A stretch of 64,000 bases of DNA from Callorhinchus milii (lineage: Eukaryota): the NCBI RefSeq assembly GCF_018977255.1, contig NW_024704743.1:108998001-109062000 (forward strand), given 5' to 3'. The position numbers were made by a program, and so were the translations under genes. A model generated the notes under the pieces. The model made no database searches and was not told where the DNA came from. It worked only from the letters and a program-made list of their open reading frames with translations. Each line of letters begins with the position of its first letter. Position 1 is the stretch's first letter. Positions 52,205 to 64,000 of the stretch are shown in pieces.

Positions 52205-52445
52205 GTCGGCTTGTAATCTGGGTTGATACTGAAATACTGGGATTGTGTTGCATTGTCAGAGGTGCCGTCCTTCTGATGAGGTGTTAAACTGAGGTCTGAT
52301 CTGCCTGTTAGGATCCCATGGATATTTGAAAGGAGAAAATGGAGTTTCTTCCAGTGTCCTGGCCAACAATCCCCCAGATAAAATTGGTCATTCATGGCTG
52401 TTTGTGGGATATTGCTGTGTTGTGTTTAAATTGGCTGTCATGTTA
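52205..52445 (+). mobile_element. Deu-domain SINE fragment. Other copies at ~2090-2340(-), 9460-9720(-), 10760-10910, 46780-47030(-), 49750-49955(-), 56330-56640(-), 57910-58130 and 60270-60545
   Basis: GAGGTGCCGTCCTTCTGATGAGGTGTTAAACTGAGG..GATCCCATGG..CAGTGTCCTGGCCAAC matches the recalled Deu-domain consensus. Confidence 0.8.
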
Positions 52446-52549
52446 ACAAAGCTTTAAACTGATTGACCTTTTTATCCGTGATGATGCAGTGATTAAAATG
52501 TTGCGTCATTATGACTGTATGGTAATACTCAGGAATGAAATAGCAGACC

Positions 52550-52628
52550 TATTGTTACCTGTCTGACTGATGTAATTTATTGTTACATGTCTGACTGATG
52601 TGACTTATTGTTACCTGTCTGACTGATG
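52550..52628 (+). repeat. 28 bp tandem repeat, ~2.8 copies
   Basis: TATTGTTACCTGTCTGACTGATGTAATT, repeated with 3 substitutions. Confidence 0.95.
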
Positions 52629-53679
52629 GGAATTAGGCAAATATTTGAAAAGGGAAAACATAAAAAGGTACGGCGAAACGACAAGGGAATGGGATTAAAT
52701 GCATAAATCTTTTAGAGAGCTGTCATAGGCATGATGAGCAGAATAGCCTCATTCTGTGCTGTAAAAGTTTTAGCGGTAAGCATCTCTACTGCTCATTGCT
52801 AAATTAGACTTATAAAAACAGTGCATTTAGCATATGGTTAATGCTAAAGTTATATTATGGGTGATAAGGGTGATTAAAGCACTATATAATCTTGCTTGAC
52901 ACATTCTGTTCCTATAAGGGCATTCCTGAAAAGAGGGGCTCTTTCATGATGTTTCATTTCAACATAGGAAAAAAAAGGAACCATGGTGAAGAAATTGTAC
53001 TTAACTGTGCAAAGTATCTCACATAACAACTGATATCAAAAATAATGAATTGTTTCAAAACTGCAATTAAAAAAAAAGCCTGTTATTCAAGCACGTTTGT
53101 TAAACTTTTTTTGCTTAAGGCCTCAACACAATTTGCATCAAATCACATCATGGCTTCAAGTGGTGGAACACTACTGTGATGGAAATTGCATGGCTGCTTT
53201 CTCTCTCTCTCTCTGTGGAATACAGAGCCTTGTGTGATGCTTTGTCTTATTTACAGAATGTATGTAACAATGGTAAGTGCTAATGTTAGATGCGTTTTAT
53301 AGTAGAGCTTCTTGGCAACATAATAGGAATTAAAAGTATATCTGCAGTAGATTTCACTTTTCACCATTCTTGCGACTGCCAGGATGGTGGAAAGCGAACT
53401 GGATGGACATTGGTCTTCTTTTGCCTATCAAATTCTTATTTTCTTATGTAAATAGTCACTAGCTTCCCTTCCTTCCCAACCCATCTAATTTTGTATTCCC
53501 TTTTTTCTTCTACACTCTTCTGAAGACAGTATTCCATGGTGGAGTATGATTTCATAGCCCTTTAGCAAGTTACATCAATGTCCATTTGCCACATGTGAGC
53601 CTAGATGGTAAGTTGTGACATCTTATTAACCAAACTCTATTACTATAATATCTTAGGAAATATATCATAACATTGTGGA

Positions 53680-54120
53680 GAGCACAGTGTAGTTTTAGAA
53701 GGATTTTACCAGGGATGACTAGATACACCTATCAAGAAAAAAGGACAGGGTCAGGTTTTCTCTCTGGAGTTGAGGCAATTGAGTAGCGACCTGATAGAGG
53801 TGTTTAAGATTATGAAAGGATTCAATAAGGTAGATGCTTGTTGGTGAGTCCAAAACTGTGGGCTTTTGTATAAGTTAGCCAGTAATAGATCTAATGGGTA
53901 GTTTAGGAGGAACTTCTTCATGCAAAGAGTGGTGAGAATGTGGAACTCACTGCTGGAAACTGTGATTGAAGCAAAAAAATCAAGGTAATTAAGAGGAAAC
54001 TTGATCCGTACATGAGGAAAAAGGGAATACAGGGTGTAGCGGAGGGATGGGGGCTCTTGTGACGTATAAACATCAGCATTAGTTGAGCCAAGTGGCCTGT
54101 TGTTTCTGTGCTGTGTCACT
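53680..54120 (+). mobile_element. CR1 LINE 3' end
   Basis: GACCTGATAGAGGTGTTTAAGATTATGAAAGG and AACTTCTTCATGCAAAGAGTGGTGAGAATGTGGAACTCACTG. Confidence 0.88.
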
Positions 54121-54284
54121 CTAAAGTACCTCTCTCCCTGCCTTTAAAAATCTCTTGGAAACATATCTCCCAACCAACCTATTGATTAACATCTTCAAAG
54201 CGCTTATTTCTCTGCTCGGGTATTTTTCTAGTGCTGAGAAGCGTTTTTCAAAGTGAAAAGTATACTTTAAATCCACGATACATA

Positions 54285-54630
54285 GATACATATACATGTA
54301 AACAGGAGTAGGCTATTCAGCCCCTCGAGCCTGTTCTGTCATTTTATAAGATCATGGCTGATCTATACCTCAAGTCCAATTACCTGCTCTTGCCCCATAT
54401 CCCTTAATACCCTGACCTAACAAATATTTATCTACTTCCACATTGAAAATGTGAATGGATCCAGCATCCAAAGCCTTTTGGGTAGAGTTCCAGATTTCCA
54501 CTACCCTTTGGGTGAAAAACTGCCTCCTAATTTCACTTATAAATGGCCTAGCTCTAATTTTAAGATTATGCCTCCTTATTCCCCCACCAGAAGGAATAGT
54601 TTATCTGTATCTACCCTATCGAATCCCTTT
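54285..54630 (-). mobile_element. CR1 LINE 3' end
   Basis: GGAGTAGGCTATTCAGCCCCTCGAGCCTG..AGATCATGGCTGATCT, with a reverse FFTQRVVEIWNSL remnant. Confidence 0.85.
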
Positions 54631-55338
54631 GTTGCTGAGCATTCAGCATGCAGTGACATGGAATTTCCAGCATGGGCCACTGCAAGAACTAGTACCTTTA
54701 TTTAGGGCCTTTCACCTAAAAACAACGGGTCATTGCGTTTCCAGATCAGCTTTCATTGGAATCCTGCACCATTATTACAGATATTTTTAGAGAGATTCTG
54801 TAGGTGAAGGAATGCAAACAGATTAAATATTGTTGCTGTAGAGATGAAATGCAGCGCTCTGAGACGCTACCCTGCGTGGACGGCGCAAGTTGTTGTTGTT
54901 GAGTCTTGGCCCAGTTTGTGCAGACGGATCATCAATGTTGCCTCACTGAACAACTTGAAGAATATTTTGCCACCTGGCAGATTCAATGGTTGTTTTTGGC
55001 AACATGAGGATTTCTTGCTGTTGGTATCCCAACACTTTCCCATCGTTTTTCACCCGTGTCTGGATAGCTCAAGCTTTTCTCACTAGTTGGTTACCCCTCC
55101 CAAGGCTCTCATCTATCTCACTGCTTCAAGTCCTTGTTTAGGTGTTGTTTTCTATGAGCTCAAAGTGCCTATCCCGATGTAAGGCTTGAACACACAAGCT
55201 TCTTCACTCAGAGGCAAAAGTGCTACCAAAGTTGTACTATACTATATATAGTTTTGCCCACAAAATACAGTCACTCCACTTTACAGTATATCCTGTGAAG
55301 TGCCTTGAGATGTCTCAATGATGTGATAAGGTGCTACT

Positions 55339-55651
55339 GGAGTCCTGTAGCTCAATGGTTAGAGCACTCGTTTTGCAAGCGAGAGACCTGAGTTCAATTC
55401 CTGGCAGAGCGAAACCTTGGGCAAGTTTCCTTATTCCACACCTAATAATAATCCCTCCAAAACCAAAAACAATAATAAATTGGTCATTTTCAATCTACGA
55501 CTGTTTCTGGGACATTGCTGTGCGCAATTGGCTGCCGCGTTCGCCCACAAATATACAGTCAATTCACTTCACAGTGTATTCTGTGAAGCACTTTGGGACG
55601 TCCTCCTGACGGGAAAAGCGCTATATCAAATGCAAGTATTATTATTATTAC
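55339..55651 (+). mobile_element. tRNA-derived SINE, short form, nested in an older SINE tail (55251-55677)
   Basis: Host tail GTGCTACT|[SINE]|TACTTCAAATGCAAGG; apparent TACT duplication. Confidence 0.9.
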
Positions 55652-57034
55652 TTCAAATGCAAGGATTATTATTATTGTAGCAACATTCACTTCACTTTTA
55701 ATTGATTTATATTTTGTAAAGAGCTTTGAGACTTTTTTCACACTATATAAATGCAATTTTATTATTATTGTTATCAGTTCAGTTATGAAATGCTGTAAAT
55801 TTCATCCCAATATCTTAGCTGCCACTTACAATGTAGTAAGACTATATTGAGCCAGGAGATGGCACTCTATGAAAACAGACCAAGCGAACTGTGAAAACCT
55901 TTCTGACATCTCCTGCTTAACACATAATATCAGAAGGATTCTGTGGCCCTATTTTCATGACTTGTATTCGTAATGAAAATTGAGTTCAAACGAGCTTTTG
56001 CCTTTCTGCCTCATGGTAGGTGTCTGTCCTTCATAAACTTGCCTTAGGGACACCTGTGTGTAACAGGTGTGATCCATGCATCCTTTCACCCATAAAAACA
56101 GAGTCAATCCACTTTACAGTATATCCGGTGAAGTGCTTTGAGACGTCGCAATGATATGATAAGGGGCTATGTCAAATGCAAGGATAATTATTAATATTAT
56201 CCTTGACCCCAATATTAGCAGTAAATCTTCACAGTCAAATGTGTGACAAAAATAACAATGCTTAATTCTTGAATTTGGTATACATGCTATAAGGTCAAAA
56301 TATCTTACGGGTGCTTCATAGGATCTAATGTTAAGTGTAATGACTGTATATTTCTTGGCAAACACGGCAGGCAATTTACACTGCAGCCAATTTGCACACA
56401 GCAGTGTTCCACAAACAACCAGTAGGTGAATAACTATTTAACTGGAAGATTGTAGGCCAGGACACAGGGAGAAACTCCCTTTTCTTTTGGAATAGTGTTA
56501 CAGTATAGTGCAGAGTGCACCTGATCAACCCCGACAATCCAGTACCACCTCCCCAAACACTGCACTAGTGTGTCAGCCGAGACAATTTGGGAAGTGAATA
56601 CAGACCCAGAATCGAGAGTGCTACTAACTGAGTCAAGCTGACACTAACCTGGGTCAAATTGCCATTCTGTTCCATCCCATGTGGATTTGCAACTAATGCA
56701 ATTTTAATTTACAAATTATATTACAAAATAAATATCAAATCAATGAATTTATAAACATACAGGGACAAATTTGTGATCCTAAACTGTATACCTACACTCA
56801 ATCCACCTATTAGTCAATTACAGAAATGCGACTGACATAACCTGGTCATAACCACTTTGAAATTAATCAATTTTTTAGAACCATTTGAGAAAAATACTGT
56901 CTTACCAGCTAATGTTTACTTTTCCAACTTCCAGCAAAACAGCAGAAAAGTTCTGGTGAACAACTGGAAATGTAAAAGCTTTGTCTGAAAACATTTCTTT
57001 CCAGGTTGTGAGAGGGTGGAAAGCACTAATAATA

Positions 57035-57253
57035 ATGCCTAATAATAATCCCTCCAAAAATCAAAAACAATAATATATTGGTCTTTGTCAATCCACGACT
57101 GTTTGTGAGACACTGCTGTGCGCAATTGGCCACCGCGTTTCGCCCACAAATATACAGTCAATTCACTTTACAGCATATTCTGTGAAGCGCTTTGAGATGT
57201 CCAGAAGACGTGAAAAACGCTATATCAAATGCAAGGGTTATTATTATTATTAT
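57035..57253 (+). mobile_element. 5'-truncated tRNA-SINE. Similar 3' fragments at ~6250-6365, 6690-6890, 24420-24520(-), 29980-30245(-), 30790-31000(-), 40650-40785, 42705-42870, 45170-45285 and 56085-56200
   Basis: Shared body CAATTGGCTGCCG..CACAAATATACAGTCAATTCACTTTACAG..GCGCTATATCAAATGCAAGG(ATT)n. Confidence 0.85.
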
Positions 57254-57619
57254 AAGCAATGCTCCCAGAAGGCTGTAAATCAGAATCACAAGATTACAGG
57301 ATTGGTTTGATCCATCTGATCTCATCCTTCCAGACTGGACTGTGAGTTCAAAGTCCTGGTGTGAGACGTACGGTTTGAACCCATAACCTTCTGATTCAGA
57401 GGCAAGAGTGCTACCAACTGAGCCAGACTGACTACTGAATGTATTCTTGCATTTTATGAATAGCCGGACAAATGTATATAACCCAACTGGAGATTTTTTC
57501 TGTTTGGTTGTAATGTCCATCTAGATTTAGGGCATTACTTTGCAGAGCACTGCAGATGGTTCTTGAAGTCTCCGTGAAACATTGGTTTAAAAAGGCTAAC
57601 TTTTCACATCTCCCGTCAC

Positions 57620-57760
57620 CTCTAGGGACCCCAGGATCAAATCAGCCCGGCCAAGCTTGACAAAACAGATCTCTACTTTGTGATAGTTGCATCTGAAATA
57701 AATGATGACAAGCTCAGTCTAATTCCCCAGTGGACATAGGTCTAAAGCAGAAAACTTATG
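57620..57760 (+). mobile_element. LF-SINE-like ancient SINE relic
   Basis: TCACCTCTAGGGACCCCAGGATCAAATCAGCCCGG and GCTCAGTCTAATTCCCCAGTGGACATAGGTC resemble, in the same order, the recalled LF-SINE blocks TTCACCTCTAGGTCACTGGGTTCAAATCCAGCCCAGG and TCTCAGTCCAGTTCCTAGTGGACAGGTGTCC. Confidence 0.55.
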
Positions 57761-59043
57761 TTTAGTTGACAGTCTTGGCTCGGGGCCTGTGCTAAAACGT
57801 GTATAGTAAAATGCCACAGTAGGTGGAAGACAGATTGAGGCTAGCTATGGGAGCTGATGACCTGGAAGCAGATAAATTCCAATCATCCCCGCCTTACTTT
57901 CCATAAGATCATAGTCTAGGGTGACACTCCAATGCAGTGCTGGGAGTGGACTGTATTGTTGGATGAGATGTTCAGATGAGATGTTAAACCAAGTCTGCCT
58001 GTTCAGGTGGATGTTAAAAATCCAATGCACCATTTGAAAAGAGAAGGGAGTTTATCCCGGTGTCCTGACCAAGAATCACCAAGATAAAATTGCCGCGTTC
58101 ACCTGCAAATATGTGAAGCGCTTTGAGATAGTGACATCTCTGCATAAATCTGCCTGGCCTCTGTTGAAGGGCAAAAAAGGAGTCAAATGCCTTCAGCAGG
58201 GGAGATAATTCAGGAGAAACAATCTGCTCACGTCACCATCTGTCTGCCTAGTCCTCTGATCACACCCAAGCGTGCAGAGATTGCAGTGCAATGCAAGTTA
58301 CAATGGGACACATTGGAATCCAATTTAGTTTATAAATGCAAAGGAAACACTAATGAGAAGAAATAACAATAATCTTAGTAGATTCCAGTTTGACTACTGG
58401 GAGAGTTAAATCCATTAGACACTCTCCTCACTTCTCTTTGGATGAAGGTTTCAGAAGGTTTGCGATAAGTAACCTGGACCATGTCCATAATAGCACTTAG
58501 AAAATAAATCTAAATGTGAAACGGTAGGCTTGTCGTAAAAGACAATATTTTACTGTTGAATATATAGTACAGGAGTAGATTGGGTTCTACATTACAAAGG
58601 GAACGATGACCTCCATTACACAGTTTAACAATGGCTTATAAATCAGTCTGGCATGCTTATCCTCACACATGCAGTCAACACGTCATTGTAGGAATCCAGT
58701 ATCTGGAAAAGTCAAATATTTTGCAGTGTACGTTTGGAAGTGTAAATTCCTCAGGTAAACTCAGAACAATTTCTCAGATAAAATTGTCATTTGTAGAACA
58801 TTGCTCTACATAAAGTGCAAACATAATTCGACAGGAGCTCCAAATGCAAAGGATTTTGTATGTATCAAGTTTGAAGCATAACACATGTTCAGTGTAGTCC
58901 AGAAATTCTGCACATCAACAGTTTGGATGATCACACATCGCCAAGGGCAGCAACTCTATGAAAAAACTTATGCCAAACATTTTATCATTTGTTGCCAAAG
59001 ACAATACAAATGGGGTAAACTGCACAATGCCATGATGCTGTAT

Positions 59044-59406
59044 AGTCCTGTAGTTTAGTGGTTAGAGCACTCTCCTCATAAATGAGAGGACCCAAGTTTG
59101 ATTCCCAGGCAGGCCAAAATGTTGGGCAACTTTGCTTACTCCACACGCCTATTAACCTAGCAGTAAGTAGAAACCCAGTTGTTAGTCGATTGGAGGATCA
59201 CTTTCCTGGAGTAATAATCCCTTCAAAACAAATAAATAATATTAATAATTTGGTGACTCAATCCATGACTGTTTGTGGGGCTCTGCTGTGCGCAATTGGC
59301 TGCCGCGTTTCACCAACAATTCACCTTACGGTCCATCTGTAAAATGCTTTGAGAGGTCTTGATGACGTGATAAGGTGCTTTATCAAATGCAAGGATTATT
59401 ATTATA
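59044..59406 (+). mobile_element. tRNA-derived SINE, long form
   Basis: Full head-to-tail match. Confidence 0.88.
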
Positions 59407-62400
59407 GTCAATCTTTTTGTAGTCTTTTCTATTCATTTCAAACTGACTCGGATCACACTTCAAACACACAAATGAGTGCACAATCAGGACAGAATACATT
59501 TTCCTCAATAGTGAGTGTCCAGTGTACATCGGAACTTGTAAAACAGCCTTATTATTAAAGTAGAACTGGATCGGGGAAAAAAAACTACCTACACTTATAG
59601 AGATGTAGGGATGTGTTATAAACACATTTCTGGATTTTAAAAAAAATCCAAGCATTAGATTTTGAAATTTAAATTCAGTCATAATTTGGAATTTGTTTTT
59701 ACTCAGTCCTCAAAAAGAACTGCGGGAAAGTGGCTTTCAAAATTAAGCGTGAATGTAAGATGGTTTCCAAATTTCATTCCAATTCATGTGGAATGAATTA
59801 GATTCACAGTATTAATATATTTGGACTCATTGTCTAGGCCAGTGCTCTTACCCAATTTTTTTTTGGTGACCTCAGTATTCAGCCATTACTAGTGGCCATA
59901 GTGTGATTTTTTGTAATCTGTGTTACTTTACCCCCTTCTCAAGCCAGCTGGTGTGAAAGGGAGAAGCAGAGAAGGAGAGGGAGTATACGCATGCTCGAAA
60001 GGTGTCACCTGCCTGTGGTGCTCCCTGGGAGCTGTAATCTCGCCGCCACCTGTGCACCAGTGGGTCCAACCCTCATATGAGCTACAAGGATTGGCAGGCG
60101 TTGCACTCCACGTGCACACACAGACACTTTCTGCCCCAGACCAGGAATTCAGCCCTTTGGGATGTGAAAGGCACCATACAGATGTAATTTATTGTTGTTG
60201 TTGGCTGCTGTTGTTGGCTGCTGTGGTTGCATAGCTCTGGTTTCTTTGCATAAAGTGTTAAATCGATGTATCATCTGCCTCTTCAGGTGGATGCTAAAGG
60301 TGCCATGGAACAATTCAAATAGTTCAGATAGCAGATAACAATTCAAATAGCAGTTTCTCTCCTGGCCAACAATTCCCCACATAAAATTGGTTATTTGCTT
60401 CATGGTTGTTTGTGGGGCATTGTGCAAATTTGCCTGCCTCACTCGCCTTCAAATTACAAAGTGACTGCACCTTACAATAAATCCTGTAAAGCGCTTTGAG
60501 ACGTCTTTGTGGCGTAAAGCCGCTATATCAAATGCAAGGATTATGATTCTTATTTCTTTGAAAAGCCATACAGGAAATATTTCTATAAAAAATCTTTTGT
60601 GTTATCGTCAGGTGCAACATATTGTAGTATATTGGTGAGAAATCATTAAAATATATATACCTTATTCATAATTAAATTTTAGCGTTCCATATTGCACTGG
60701 ACAGTGCAACAATTTTTTAAATTATTTTTGGCATACAACGACAACAAAAATAAATTACATTTATGTAGCACCTTTCATGTCAGAAGGATGTCCCAAGGCA
60801 CTCAACAGTTAAGAGTTTTCACTCAAACTGGGGGTTGTAATCAAAAGGGGTTCAGAGTAGGTACAAGCCAATACAGTTCCTATTCCTTTACCACTTTTGT
60901 GCTCAGTACAATTTCTATGTGATGTACAGATTGTACATAACTGTCCATTAAATGTACTGGTTGTAGGAAACCTGTTGTGTCAAGCAAGTCATTCTTCTCA
61001 AAGGAAGCGTAACTCGTAAATGGGAAGGAATCCTACTCTGTTATTTTCTCTCTTACTGCAAACAGTATTGGTTGCTGCTCACACCACCGCAGTGCACAAC
61101 AATTCAGTCACTTAGCTGAGGTGCATAAAATTGTTGCCAATTTGCACAAGGCAACATCCCACAAACAGCCATGGAGTGAATGACCAATTTTATCTTGGAG
61201 GATTGTTCCCCATATGTGAACATGGGTGGCCCATTATTGTCTGTAACCTATTTGCAACCCTCAGCAAATGTTTTATGAAAATGAACCATTTATTTATTTA
61301 TGCTTGTAACTAATTCGTGGCATTCGTTTTGGAAATTTGGCTTTTAAGTCACAAGTCACAGATTTGAAACAAAGTTTTAGTCACTTCTGTAAATCAATGA
61401 ATGGTATATGAAACACAGAGCAAAAACGCTGGCATGCACCGAATGCTCCAGTTTCCGCCATAACCCTCTTGCCTAATCCTACATTGTGATCAACAAATGA
61501 CTCACGACTGTTGCCAGGATAGTTTATGCATCATCTTTTTATAATATTCCTGTAATTGTTTCACACCACTAATAATAATCCTTACGTTTTAGTATAGCGC
61601 CTTTCACGTCACGAGGACGTCCGAAAACACATCACAGGATTTACTATAAACTGTAGTGACAGTGTATTTCATAGGCAAGCAGCCAACAAGGCCTGTTTTA
61701 TTCTTAATTGTTACTGTTCAAACTTTTAAAAAGTGAATACAGTCCATTGTCCTCTGAAGCAAAAGGCTTATAATTCAAGAAATGAATTTACATTGTTGAG
61801 TGATTTAATACCCAACTTTGCTCCGGCCACATTCTGAAAGGTGTTGGTACAAAGAAGTTGAAAGCATCAATTGCCTTCACTGGCACCAGTGTGCTATATA
61901 ATTTGCTCTGGATGTCATCCCAGGTTGTCTTGTACATCATAAAGCATTTGCTTATTGAATCTAAATCTCTAAAAACAGCTTAAGTCAGACCCGCCTGTAA
62001 AACTGATGCAACAGCCATCAATCCAGAGCACTGGATCTTTTTCCACCGCACAAGCCTCACATTACAACTAATACCCATCCATCAATATGATCTTGCTTTG
62101 GAGCAACATAAAGGCTTCATATCTGACAATGCAACTACCTTTAACTACCTGCCTTTAAGATGGCAAACCAGTTTGTTTCTGAAATAATAATAATGGGTTA
62201 AAACTTAAAATGTATATCTGTCCAATGTGCCACTACAGAAGTGACTCATGTCGTCTCTGGGTCCTGTGTGGTCCACTCCAAAATACCCTGCTTTATAAAA
62301 TATTGGACTAATGCACAAAGAATTAACTTTCTGTGAAAACAGTTTGTATATTTGTGATCCTAGTGATCATCCAAAACATAGGGATATAAAAAAATTACCA

Positions 62401-63774
62401 TACATTTAGTTAGTTTGGGAGGAGAGGAGAATGGCACTATATGGTTTCTTAAACATTGAAATAGGATGTAAGATTTTTTTGCAATTTCCGTGCTTATGTT
62501 TGTAAAACAAATTCAATATTCACAAATTGATCTACAGTTTTCATTGGATCATCAAAGACAAATAATAATAACATTCTGCAATTTAGAACTACAGCCATTT
62601 ACAGCACAGCAGAAGGCCATTTGACCCATTGCGTCTGTGCTGGCTCTTATAGAGAAATCCTTTCAGTCCCAATTATCTGCCCTTTCCATGTCTTCTTATG
62701 AATCAAATTTGTTGAACACAAAGAGTAGCAAATAATTGTGGAAATCTTTGTTGACTTTTGTAGCTGGTTCTTCGGTTTTGCGTCACAGAGAACTTTAAGC
62801 ACTCTGAGATGCTTCCCTGTGTGAAGGGTGCAAGTTGTTGTCGTTTCACAGGAGGACAGGTATTTAAATGGATTTAATCTTATCAATTTTGGTTATAAAG
62901 ATCAAGTTTCCCGGAACCTCACCACTTGATTTCATCAATCAGCCTGATGGGGTGGAGCAAACTGGCTGAATGCAGAATTGCCTTATCAGACTTCAGTACA
63001 GTATAGTCCAACACACCGGGTGAAACACAACACCATTTTTCATGTGCTTAGTCGGTTCTCATTGGTTACCAGGTAAATGTAGACCACAAGCTGATGAATG
63101 TTTTATTCACTTTTTCCTAGGGTTTATGGTTGGATGACCAATCAAATGCCTACTTGAATAAAACAGGGAATAGAATCCTATTGACCTGTTTACCTCTGTG
63201 TCCTGAGCACTGAGAGCAGTCGCTGTATCTTCACCACAGGTATGAGACAACACTAATGTAGAGCCCAGCTCTTCTTTATTTTGGCAACCAAACAACTCTT
63301 TACTGTTAATCTGCACCATGGAACATTGTATATTGGCATTACAAGTATAACAAATGGATTACGATTAACTACTTGTACTGAGGGTGTTCTTTCACAACAG
63401 GTACAGTGCTATCAGATCTTGTGCATCTGACCTTGCTGTCGGGTTTTGTTACACCAATAACCTTGTATGTCAGTGTAAACTATTTGAGTTAACTTGCCTT
63501 TCAAAGCTAAAGAAACTCATGGTCTTAGCCTTGATCTTTATAGCCTTAATTTGGATTGACATAGGATGTGTATGCCCTCTGCGCACTTACACACCAAATT
63601 TTTTTTTTAATAATGATCATATTTTATGACTTCCATTGTGGGAAATCTATCATGAAGATTGAATAAGAGCTACTTTAGTGTTCAGTGTGTGATAGATTCC
63701 AAAATATTGAGGTGCGATTGTAGTAGTTCTTATATTTCTGGCATAAACATGTTTTGTTTTGGTGCTAGCATCTT

Positions 63775-64000
63775 AGTCCTGTAGCTCAGTGGTTAGAGCA
63801 CTCACTTTGCAAGCGAGAGACCTGAGTTCAATTCCAGGCAGGGCGAAACCTTGGGCAAGTTTCCTAACTCCACGTGCCTAATAATAATCCCTCCAAAACC
63901 AAAACCAATAATAAATTGGTCATTTTCAAACCACGACTGTTTGTGGGACATTACTGTGCGCAATTGGCTGCTACGTTCGCCCACAAATATACAGTCAATT
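63775..64000 (+). mobile_element. tRNA-derived SINE, short form, cut by the window end
   Basis: Near-identical to 38263-38490. Confidence 0.92.

Noticed and set aside
52550..52628. CRISPR-like array (28 bp repeats)
   Set aside because: Head-to-tail tandem units with no unique spacers, in a vertebrate context.

Overview
Eukaryotic, repeat-dominated vertebrate DNA. The repeat complement (abundant L2 LINE 3' fragments with (TTG)n tails, tRNA-derived SINEs with L2 tails, Deu-domain SINEs, CR1 and Penelope relics) points to a cartilaginous fish, possibly a chimaera or elephant shark; this is inference. The only recognisable host coding sequence is the first coding exon of PDE7A (minus strand, 21269-21126). 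Positions 1-21125 are therefore probably PDE7A intron, and ~24.8-64 kb shows no recognisable exons. The main anomaly is an apparently clean ~3.3 kb inversion (about 21361-24682). It cuts through the PDE7A 5' UTR exon and through the 5' end of a hAT/Charlie transposon. Flipping it back joins a GT-AG intron and splice acceptor to the PDE7A ATG exon, and joins the hAT terminal repeat to its transposase. Other points of interest are a degenerate hammerhead ribozyme in a Penelope terminus, a mosaic tRNA/CORE-like/Deu-3'/L2-tail SINE, an LF-SINE-like relic and several nested insertions. Repeat boundaries were read by eye and are approximate, and family names come from recalled consensus similarity, not from searches. 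Most ORFs in the supplied track are spurious or TE-derived.
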